Origin: an uncultured Chitinophagales bacterium
GTDB lineage: Bacteria; Bacteroidota; Rhodothermia; Balneolales; HLUCCA01
Length of the DNA stretch: 36,748 bases
Direction of reading: 5' to 3'
Assembly (NCBI GenBank): GCA_964454075.1
Contig: CAYVRS010000003.1
Coordinates: 9,483 to 46,230, forward strand
The notes below the pieces were generated by a model that was given only the letters and a program-made list of their open reading frames with translations, had not been told where the DNA came from and did not search any database. Below are positions 17,391-24,827 of the stretch, one piece after another (within the stretch, counting starts at the first letter, position 1; every line of letters starts with the position of its first letter). The position numbers and the translations under genes were made by a program.

Positions 17391-20300
17391 ATGATGAAAC
17401 GCTTCCTCACCATCGTGACCCTCGCGGTCCTTCTCGGGTCCGCCACCGACGTCCAGGCACAGTTTTTCGCCTTCGGGAAGAACCGTGTGCAGTACGATCA
17501 TTTCGATTGGCGCTACATCCAGTCCGAGCACTTCGATGTGTATTACTACGATTCGAAGAACTATTACCTGGCTGAATTCACCGCGTTCAGTCTGGAAGCG
17601 GCCTACAAGCAGCTCCAGACCGATTTCAAACATCAGATCGCCGACCGCATCCAGGTCATCATCTATGCGTCGCACGGCGAATTCAGCCAGACGAACGTGA
17701 TTCCTCTTCCGGTCGACGCCCAAGGCATCGGCGGGGTCACGGACAAGTACAAGAACCGCATCACCGTGCCGTTCCAAGGCAATTACAGCGACTTCCGTCG
17801 CACCTTGCACCACGAACTGGTGCATGCCGTGTTCAACGACCTGTTTTATGGTGGGTCGCTGCAATCGATCATCAGCAACAACATCCAGCTTGTGTTTCCG
17901 CTGTGGTTCGAAGAAGGCCTGGCCGAGTTCACCGCATTGGGTTGGGACACGAACACCGACATGTTCATCCGCGATGCGGTGATGAACACCTACCTGCCTC
18001 CGATTCCATATCTGCAGGGCTATTTCGCGTATCGGGGCGGGCAGTCGTTCTGGTATTTCATCACCGAAGAATACGGACGCGAGAAAATCGCGGAGATCCT
18101 GGACCGTATCCGTCAGACCCGCAGCGTGGAAGCGGGTTTGCGCCAATCCGTGGGGATGGACATTGAGGATCTGTCCGAACGCTGGCAGGAATGGCTCCGC
18201 AAGCGCTACTGGCCGGAAATCACCAACCGCGAGAATCTGAAAGAGATTTCGCAGCATGTCACGAAGCGTGAGATTTCGGGGTCGTACAACACGAGTCCTG
18301 CGATCACGCCGCAAGGCGACCGCATCGCCCTGATCACCAACAAGCGCGGTTATTTCGACGTGGTCGTGATTTCGGCGCTTGACGGACGAGTGCTGAAAAC
18401 CCTCATCAAGGGCGAAGACAATGTCGATTTCGAAGAGCTGAACATCCTTCGGCCGAATCTGAGCTGGTCGCCCGATGGCCGCCAGCTGGCACTGTCTACC
18501 CGCTCCGGTGGCAAGCACGACATCGCTATCGTCGATTATGCGTCTGGCGATACTCGAAAACTTCGATTCACGGAATTGAATTCGATCGGTTCGGTGGCTT
18601 GGTCACCCGATGGGGCGAAGATTGCGTTCCAAGGCACCAAAGGGCCCTATGTCGACATCTACGTGTATGACTTGAAGGAAGGAAGCCTTCTCAATCTGAC
18701 CAACGACGTTTTCAGCGACAGCGATCCGTATTGGTCGCCAGATTCGAAGACGGTGTATTTCGCGTCGGACCGTGGGGAGAAAACCGCGCTCAACACCTTC
18801 AAAGAAGAATTCAACCAGTTGCTGCAACCCGATCTCAACCAGACGGACTTGTATGCGGTTCGGATCGGGGCGCCGCGCGCCGAGCGGCTGACCATCTCTC
18901 CGGACTGGTCCGAAATGCGCCCGATGGAAACCCAGGGCGGCAAATTGTTCTTCATCTCCGATCAGAACGGTATCCAAAACATTTTCGTGATGGATCTGGA
19001 CACGCGTGATGTCTCGCCTGTCACCGATCTGATCAGCGGAGTGATGCAGATGTCGGTCACACAAGACGCCTCCAAGATCGCCATCAACTCGATCAATGGC
19101 GGCTATCTGGACATATTCCTGCTGCAGAATCCGCTCAACCGCGTCAAAACCACACCTCTAAGCCCCAACCTCTGGGCTTCGCAACGTCTTGTGGTGTCGG
19201 ACGTCCAGCGTGTGCCCGCTCTCGGATTCGGGGCCCAAGTTGTGCATGGTGCCGCTCCGGCGGAAACCGCGACCGTGGCCGTTCCTGAAACCCCGCCGAT
19301 CGATCCCGATGTCGTCGATTTCCGGAATTACCAGTTCGGGGATGTCGCCGATCCGGAAACAGGAGACCCTATCGCCGAAGACTTGTTCGCGGTCGAAGAC
19401 AACCGCCTCGACGACGGTCGTTTCGTGCCGAAACGGTACCGCCTGAATTTCACGCCCGATTTCACTTACGCCGGCGGATCGCTCTCCACTGGCTATGGCG
19501 TGTTCGCCCTCTCTCAGGTCGTGTTCAGTGATCTGCTGGGCGATCATCAGCTGTCTTTCGCATCGAATCTCGTGTTCGACCTCAGGAACAGCGATTACGC
19601 GCTCAGCTACGGCTATTTCAAGAACCGGACCAACTACACGCTGAATTATTTCCACACTGCGAGAAACTTCCAGACCTTCGGCGGCGACCTGGTGCGCTAC
19701 CGGTTCTATGGAGGCGGCCCCGGCTTCTCCTATCCGCTGAACAAATTCGAGCGCATCGATTACAGCGCCAGCTTCATCACCATCAGCCAAGACATCTCCA
19801 GCCTCAATCCGGGACGTGAACGCGTGGCAGACAAACGCTACTTCCTGTACCCGTCGGTGACCTACACGCGAGATTTCACCATGCCCGGTTACATCACTCC
19901 GGTCAGCGGGTCCCGCGTGGCGGTGTCGCTCACGGGAAGTCCGCCCTTGGGCAAAGACGTGCTCACCTTCGCCTCCTTGATGGGCGACGCCCGCTACTAC
20001 ATCCCTCTTGGCGAAAGCGGCATGTACACGATCGCCCTTCGCGGATCCGGCGCGTTCTCCCTGGGTCGCGACCGGCAGAATTTCTACCTCGGCGGGATGG
20101 AGAGCTGGATCAACTACGAGTGGAAGAATGAAATCCCCATCGACAGGCTCGAAGACATCTTCTTCACCTTGCCGGCCTTGCCGATGCGAGGACACGTGTA
20201 CAGCTCGACGATCGGCGACCGGTTCGTTCTTGCGAACGCCGAATTCCGCTTCCCGCTGATCGCCGCCTTGCTTCCCGGCCCGATACCGCTCGTGCCTTTG

Positions 20301-20501
20301 TACAACATCACCGGAGCGGCCTTTGTGGATGTGGGTCAGGCTTGGCAAGGAGCCACCGCCCAGGAAACCCTCGTCGGCGCCGGTTTCGGACTGCGGTCTA
20401 TCATCTTCGGCATTCCGCTCCGTTTCGATTTCGGATGGGAGTATGATGAGGACGGCTTCGGCAAACGCCGCGATTACCTGAGCATCGGCATCGATTTCTA
20501 G
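17391..20501 (+). CDS. Outer-membrane Omp85-superfamily barrel protein with N-terminal peptidase-MA-like (HExxH) domain and PD40/TolB-like beta-propeller
   Basis: Signal peptide MMKRFLTIVTLAVLLGSATDVQAQ from ATG 17391. HELVH lies at 17811..17825, followed by WFEEGLAEF (gluzincin-like). PD40 repeats are SWSPDGRQLAL, AWSPDGAKIAF and YWSPDSKTVYF. The C-terminal roughly 350 aa show Omp85 hallmarks (FYLGGMESW, PMRGHVY, NAEFRFPL, GAAFVDVGQAW, GFGLRS...PLRFDFGW) and a terminal Phe. Confidence 0.75.
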   Translation: MMKRFLTIVTLAVLLGSATDVQAQFFAFGKNRVQYDHFDWRYIQSEHFDVYYYDSKNYYLAEFTAFSLEAAYKQLQTDFKHQIADRIQVIIYASHGEFSQTNVIPLPVDAQGIGGVTDKYKNRITVPFQGNYSDFRRTLHHELVHAVFNDLFYGGSLQSIISNNIQLVFPLWFEEGLAEFTALGWDTNTDMFIRDAVMNTYLPPIPYLQGYFAYRGGQSFWYFITEEYGREKIAEILDRIRQTRSVEAGLRQSVGMDIEDLSERWQEWLRKRYWPEITNRENLKEISQHVTKREISGSYNTSPAITPQGDRIALITNKRGYFDVVVISALDGRVLKTLIKGEDNVDFEELNILRPNLSWSPDGRQLALSTRSGGKHDIAIVDYASGDTRKLRFTELNSIGSVAWSPDGAKIAFQGTKGPYVDIYVYDLKEGSLLNLTNDVFSDSDPYWSPDSKTVYFASDRGEKTALNTFKEEFNQLLQPDLNQTDLYAVRIGAPRAERLTISPDWSEMRPMETQGGKLFFISDQNGIQNIFVMDLDTRDVSPVTDLISGVMQMSVTQDASKIAINSINGGYLDIFLLQNPLNRVKTTPLSPNLWASQRLVVSDVQRVPALGFGAQVVHGAAPAETATVAVPETPPIDPDVVDFRNYQFGDVADPETGDPIAEDLFAVEDNRLDDGRFVPKRYRLNFTPDFTYAGGSLSTGYGVFALSQVVFSDLLGDHQLSFASNLVFDLRNSDYALSYGYFKNRTNYTLNYFHTARNFQTFGGDLVRYRFYGGGPGFSYPLNKFERIDYSASFITISQDISSLNPGRERVADKRYFLYPSVTYTRDFTMPGYITPVSGSRVAVSLTGSPPLGKDVLTFASLMGDARYYIPLGESGMYTIALRGSGAFSLGRDRQNFYLGGMESWINYEWKNEIPIDRLEDIFFTLPALPMRGHVYSSTIGDRFVLANAEFRFPLIAALLPGPIPLVPLYNITGAAFVDVGQAWQGATAQETLVGAGFGLRSIIFGIPLRFDFGWEYDEDGFGKRRDYLSIGIDF

Positions 20502-21700
20502 CGCATCTGCACGCTCGAAACCCCAAGGAGCCGGTCATACCGGTTCTGGGGGTCGTGGAAGTAGACCAAGGCATGGTATTCCTGCGCCGAGCCGGCCATT
20601 ACGCTGGTGAAGGCGTCCCGATCGCTTCCCGACATGTACATGAACCGGTGCGTTCCTTCCTTGAGGAGTACGGTGGTTTTCCAATACCTGTCTGACGGAT
20701 CGAACCTCAGACGATACTCGTCGCGGGGCGTCCAGTCGTTGAATGTGCCTATCAGATACATGGGTTCGCGAGGACGTATCGTTTCGAATTGGAACGTCAC
20801 CTCGCCGTACCGCGCATCGGGCGTACGCCGAGCTCCGGTTACATTCGGCCAAGGTGTTTGGATGGGGCGGGTGAGTCCGTCCGTTTCCGGATCTTTCAGG
20901 ATGGATGGGGGCCGCGCGCCGAGATCCGCCGCCTGCACGCCTTGGTCGAGACGTCCCACCTCGGTCAGCACATAAGAAAAGACATCCAATGAGCCGCTGA
21001 AGGCCTCTTCCCGTCTCAGGTAATAGCGCAACACGCCGTCCTCCGACTGATCCATGAGCTCGGAAGCCACGGCATCGGTCCACCAGCGGTTTTGAGCGAA
21101 GGCCACATGCACATCAAGCTGTGGCATCACGAACTCTTTCGTCGGGCGGTATTCCAGAAACGGCTGATGCGAGATGCGGACTCCAGCCCGGTTGTGGAAC
21201 AGCTCCACCACGCTGAAATCGATCTCGCCTTTTCCCTCGGTCACCAGGAAAGGCTGGGAAACGATGACCGCGCCGGACCGCGGATCAATGACCTCCATCA
21301 GGTAGTTCCCGCTTTTCGTGACTCCCATCTGATCGTTCGGAAACCGATAGCTGTAACTGGTGTACAGCGGCTCTTGCGAAGTCGAGGGGCTTCCTTCGGT
21401 CACCATGTCATCATGCATGCCCCGCATGTAGACGCCGGGAAGAAGCTGGCTCTGACGCCACATCCGGTCCATATGCCGCACCTGGACCCGGTAATAGCTG
21501 ACGTCCGACTGGAACACATCGAACCGCAGCAGCAGGCTTCCACTGGTCAGTTGGAGGATGGGTGCGCCGGTGCCGTTTCCGGCCGTCAGCGCCACGCTGG
21601 ACACCCCGGGTGGAGGCGGCAGGGGACGGCTCACGCGAGATGCGCCCCCGCAGCCGGACAGAACGAGCAGACTAAAAAGGAAGGCGGCCTTCGAAGACAC
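20498..21700 (-). CDS. Lipoprotein with C-terminal CBM48/E-set-like domain; possibly the DUF5103 / T9SS plug-protein family
   Basis: A GTG start at 21700 gives SSKAAFLFSLLVLSGCGG, which contains a lipobox. The N-terminal part (ILQLTSGSLLLRFDVFQSDVSYYRVQVRHMDRMW) resembles my recollection of the T9SS_plug first domain. The C-terminal YLIGTFNDWTPRDEYRLRFDPSDRYWKTTVLLKEGTHRFMY resembles AMPK-beta/CBM48 modules. The family call is made from memory only. Confidence 0.4.
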   Translation of the reverse strand: MSSKAAFLFSLLVLSGCGGASRVSRPLPPPPGVSSVALTAGNGTGAPILQLTSGSLLLRFDVFQSDVSYYRVQVRHMDRMWRQSQLLPGVYMRGMHDDMVTEGSPSTSQEPLYTSYSYRFPNDQMGVTKSGNYLMEVIDPRSGAVIVSQPFLVTEGKGEIDFSVVELFHNRAGVRISHQPFLEYRPTKEFVMPQLDVHVAFAQNRWWTDAVASELMDQSEDGVLRYYLRREEAFSGSLDVFSYVLTEVGRLDQGVQAADLGARPPSILKDPETDGLTRPIQTPWPNVTGARRTPDARYGEVTFQFETIRPREPMYLIGTFNDWTPRDEYRLRFDPSDRYWKTTVLLKEGTHRFMYMSGSDRDAFTSVMAGSAQEYHALVYFHDPQNRYDRLLGVSSVQMR

Positions 21701-22454
21701 GGACAGCGGGACCGGTTAAGTGATAGGAATGGTAACTCTGATCGGAAAAAGTGAATCCGGCCTGCAACGTTCCGCCTTCCGACACCACCGGAATCCGGAC
21801 TTCACCTTGCCGTCCGCCGCCGAACGCATGATGCCACCAGGTGGCCACAGACAAGGCGCCGGTGCCGCAGGCGAGGGTCAGATCTTCCACACCACGCTCA
21901 TAGGTGCGGACAGTGACAGCGGATGGATCCGGCGAATCAGGAACGAAATTCACATTGGCGTTATGTCGGTGGCGAAGCTCGCGGCCGGTGGATACCAGCA
22001 AACCGCGATCCGACAGGAGGGAGGCCTCCACCGGTACCACGAGATGGTCGGTGCCGGTATCGATGCGCCAGCCGTCTTCGGTCTGGCGTACGAGCGGGCG
22101 AGTCGGGAAATCCAAGCGGATGAGGCCGCTGATCTCACTGGCGGTGTAGCGGTGTCCGTTGCAGTCGAAGGTATGGATGGCCGGCACACCCAAGGATCGG
22201 GCGAATGCCGCGATGCAACGTCCCCCGTTGCCGCACATGCCGGCATCGCTGCCATCGGCGTTGCGGTAGACCATGGTGTAGGCGGCGCTTGTGGAGGTTT
22301 GCAACAAAAGCAAACCGTCCGCACCGATTCCGGTGCGGCGGTCGCACCACTGCGGGCAACGTGCGATGAGCTCATGCAGAGTGAGCCGGCCGTCTCGGTT
22401 GTCGATCACCACGAAATCGTTGCCGGCGCCATGCATTTTCACGAACTCGATCAT
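21672..22454 (-). CDS. dapF: Diaminopimelate epimerase
   Basis: Contains MIEFVKMHGAGNDFVVIDNRDG, MCGNGGRCIAAFA and the second catalytic-Cys region LACGTGALSVA. The ATG at 22454 forms an ATGA overlap with the holB stop; the ORF opens 10 codons earlier. Confidence 0.92.
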   Translation of the reverse strand: MIEFVKMHGAGNDFVVIDNRDGRLTLHELIARCPQWCDRRTGIGADGLLLLQTSTSAAYTMVYRNADGSDAGMCGNGGRCIAAFARSLGVPAIHTFDCNGHRYTASEISGLIRLDFPTRPLVRQTEDGWRIDTGTDHLVVPVEASLLSDRGLLVSTGRELRHRHNANVNFVPDSPDPSAVTVRTYERGVEDLTLACGTGALSVATWWHHAFGGGRQGEVRIPVVSEGGTLQAGFTFSDQSYHSYHLTGPAVRVFEGRLPF

Positions 22455-23629
22455 GACCACACGCTCGCTGGCAAGTGTTTCCATGATTCTCCGTCTGGAA
22501 TGGCCTTGTTTTGCCCCCGCATCAGGGCGCCGAAGCGGAGCGCGAGCACCGTGAACCAGATCTTGGTGTTCACATTGGAGGCGTAAAGGCGCCGCCCGTC
22601 GTGGATTTCAGCGATCATGTCTTCCAACCGCGCGTTTTGAAGAGAGGCCACGAATCGGCGGATCACCTCTTTCTGGTCCAGATTCGTGATCTTCGCATCG
22701 TCGCCCGAGGCGCGGAAAAAGAGGATGTCGCGAAGGAAGACTTCCAACAGGTTCAGCAAAAGCTGCTGGCCGTCCGAATTCAGTTGCGACCATTTCAGGG
22801 CGATATTCAGGATGGGCTTCGGATCCTGGATGTAGCTGGCACGGAGGAACTCGACGATCTCGTCGCGGGTCTCCCGCAGTGTCTCCACATCGTAGAACCG
22901 AGCCAGGCCGTAATTCCCGTTCGAGATGCGGGCCAGGTAACCGGCATCGGCTCGGCTGAGTCCGTCGCGGGTTTCCAAAGCCGTGGCGACATCATCTTCA
23001 CTGAGCGCTTGGCAGCGCAAGGTCTGGCATCTGGAGACGATGGTGGGAAGCAGTGCGTTGAAACGGTCGGTGATCAGCAGGAACACCACGTTCTCGGGCG
23101 GCTCCTCCAGGCTTTTCAGAAACGCGTTGGCCACTTTCTCGTGCATCTTCTCGATGCCGCAAAGCACCACGACCGTGTAAGCGCCTTCGTTCGGTTTGAG
23201 GGAGAACGCAGGACGGATCTCGTCGTGGTAGTAATCGACCGAATAGAAGGCGACCCGGTTCTTCGATTCGTTGTCGGAATGCAGCGAGGGCCGCATGCCG
23301 AAATCGACGATGGCGTAGGGATCTTTGGCGAGCAAGGCCACACGCTCTCTCAGCTCGGACTCTCCCACGCGCGAAGGCATCGGAAGGAAGACATGCACGT
23401 CGGGATGGGTGTGCCAGGAGCTTTTGGGAGAGGTGGCCGAGTCGTGCGGCGGATTCAGGTTCGACACGCCGTTCAAGGCTTCGGCGAACGCGAGGGCGAG
23501 GACTTTTTTTCCGACGCCGGCGGGACCGGCGAAGAGGTAGGCATGGGCGACGCGTCGGGAGGTGAGGATCTGCTCGAGTTCCTCCTTCACACGATGCTGC
23601 CCCACGATGGTGTCGCGACCGATGCGCAT
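22451..23629 (-). CDS. holB: DNA polymerase III delta-prime subunit
   Basis: Contains GQHRVKEELEQILTSRRVAHAYLFAGPAGVGKKVLALAFAEAL and FLKSLEEPPENVVFLLITDRFNALLPTIVSRCQTL. The ATG at 23629 shares one base with the ccmB-like TGA (TGATG); an alternative GTG start is at 23641. Confidence 0.85.
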   Translation of the reverse strand: MRIGRDTIVGQHRVKEELEQILTSRRVAHAYLFAGPAGVGKKVLALAFAEALNGVSNLNPPHDSATSPKSSWHTHPDVHVFLPMPSRVGESELRERVALLAKDPYAIVDFGMRPSLHSDNESKNRVAFYSVDYYHDEIRPAFSLKPNEGAYTVVVLCGIEKMHEKVANAFLKSLEEPPENVVFLLITDRFNALLPTIVSRCQTLRCQALSEDDVATALETRDGLSRADAGYLARISNGNYGLARFYDVETLRETRDEIVEFLRASYIQDPKPILNIALKWSQLNSDGQQLLLNLLEVFLRDILFFRASGDDAKITNLDQKEVIRRFVASLQNARLEDMIAEIHDGRRLYASNVNTKIWFTVLALRFGALMRGQNKAIPDGESWKHLPASVWS

Positions 23630-24297
23630 CAGGCCTCCCACAGCGTGTCGAACAGCAGCACGGAGACCGTGAGCGTGGCGCCTGAAAAGCCCACCAAAGC
23701 GCTGATTTCGTTCAGAAAGAGGAAAATATCCTCACCCGCCAAGGCCGCCGCGGTCAGTTTTCCCGACAGCAGGATGAGCGGGACGAGCAAGGGCATGCAC
23801 AGCACACTGAATAGGGCGCCTCGCTGATCGGTGCGGCTGACCAAAGCCGCCATGAGGGTGGAGACGGCGGTGAGTCCGGTCGACCCGAGCAACGTGGCCG
23901 TCATCAGCAGAAGGATCGATTTCGCCTCGATCGACAGCAGCACCACATACAGGAAGACAGTGGCGCTGGCGAAAAGCAGGGTGAATACCAGGTTGAACAG
24001 ATACTTTCCCACGAACACAGAAAGCGCGTCGGTATGCAGGCGCAAAAGGAGGTCGGTGTGCCGGTCGGCTTCGCTGGTGAAACTGCGAGAGAGCGAGGAG
24101 AGCGCCGCGAACAGCAAGATGAGCCACAATAGACCGGCTTGCGCTTTCGATCCGAGTTCGGTGGCGTTCAGCAGGAATACCGACACGAACAGCGCGGAGG
24201 CGACAAAGGCGAAAACCGAATTCAGACCGAACTTGGAGCGCAGCTCCAGGCGGAAATCATTCTTCAAGATGAGGGCGGCTCGGATCAGGGAAGGCAT
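23629..24297 (-). CDS. CcmB-family (heme exporter B-like) ABC-type membrane permease
   Basis: From ATG 24297 the sequence is MPSLIRAALILKNDFRLELRSKFGLNS...GLLWLILLFAALSSLSRSFTSEADRHTDLLLRL. It parallels E. coli CcmB (FRLELR...GIIWVAALLSSLLALERLF). It is about 222 aa with 6 hydrophobic segments. The 59 codons upstream in the ORF track look like non-coding extension. Confidence 0.7.
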   Translation of the reverse strand: MPSLIRAALILKNDFRLELRSKFGLNSVFAFVASALFVSVFLLNATELGSKAQAGLLWLILLFAALSSLSRSFTSEADRHTDLLLRLHTDALSVFVGKYLFNLVFTLLFASATVFLYVVLLSIEAKSILLLMTATLLGSTGLTAVSTLMAALVSRTDQRGALFSVLCMPLLVPLILLSGKLTAAALAGEDIFLFLNEISALVGFSGATLTVSVLLFDTLWEA

Positions 24298-24309
24298 GGC
24301 AGAAGTTAC

Positions 24310-24317
24310 TATATTTG
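24310..24317 (+). promoter_or_regulatory. Candidate Bacteroidota-type -7 promoter element TAnnTTTG for the ptsN operon
   Basis: Exact TATATTTG at 24310..24317, 41 nt upstream of the ptsN ATG, inside the 61-bp divergent intergenic region. I saw no clear -33 element. Confidence 0.35.
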
Positions 24318-24358
24318 AACGTCTTTCCGGTACCGAAACCCCACGAGAACCCAGCGGC

Positions 24359-24823
24359 ATGCGCATTTCAGAATTCCTGTCATCAGCCAATGTCTTTCCG
24401 AGCCTACAGGTTTCCGACAAGGAGGAAGCCGTCCGCACCTTGAGCGCATCCATCGCGCGGCGTACCCCAGGCACCAGCGCCGAGACCCTCTACCAAGCGG
24501 TGATGGAACGCGAGCGGATCATGTCGACCGGCGTAGGAAAAGGCCTGGCCATTCCGCACGGCAAAGTGAACGGACTCGAATCCAGCGAAATGGCCTTCGC
24601 CCGCCTGGTGAGTCCCATCGAATACGGCTCCATCGATCAAGCTCCCGTCTCCTTGGTCTTCATGGTGGTGGGGCCCGATTCCCAATCCAGCCAACACATC
24701 CGCCTGCTCAGCCGCATCTCCAGGCTCATGAACAACGACGCCTTCCGCAACGCCTTGTCGGCCTGCGCCACGGCCGACGAGATCCTGGCCCATTTCCGGC
24801 AAGAAGAACTTCAGATGGGCTGA
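24359..24823 (+). CDS. ptsN: PTS EIIA type-2 / nitrogen-regulatory EIIA(Ntr)-like protein
   Basis: From ATG 24359 the sequence reads MRISEFLSSANVFPSLQVSDKEEAV...RERIMSTGVGKGLAIPHGKV...PVSLVFMVVGPDSQSSQHIRLLSRISRLM. It aligns by eye with E. coli PtsN, including the phospho-His in AIPHGK. The upstream part of ORF 23831..24823 is antisense to ccmB and is not credible. Confidence 0.85.
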   Translation: MRISEFLSSANVFPSLQVSDKEEAVRTLSASIARRTPGTSAETLYQAVMERERIMSTGVGKGLAIPHGKVNGLESSEMAFARLVSPIEYGSIDQAPVSLVFMVVGPDSQSSQHIRLLSRISRLMNNDAFRNALSACATADEILAHFRQEELQMG

Positions 24824-24827
24824 ACCC

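Noticed and set aside
15560-17446. 628-aa minus-strand ORF opposite rnr, plus similar ones at 17280..18518 and 19158..20348 opposite the Omp85 fusion
   Set aside because: Same reasoning applies. The sense strands carry RNase R and Omp85/PD40 motifs, and the antisense translations are low-complexity (R/H/G/D/E-rich). No SD or promoter context supports them.
22511-23827. 438-aa plus-strand ORF opposite holB/ccmB-like, and a 458-aa ORF at 27423..28799 opposite the antiporter
   Set aside because: These are antisense shadows of well-supported genes, with no motifs and biased composition.
23831-24358. N-terminal 176 codons of ORF 23831..24823, which would make a 330-aa PtsN
   Set aside because: This part is antisense to the ccmB-like gene and has no EIIA homology. 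A normal-length EIIA(Ntr) starts at ATG 24359, downstream of a TAnnTTTG motif.
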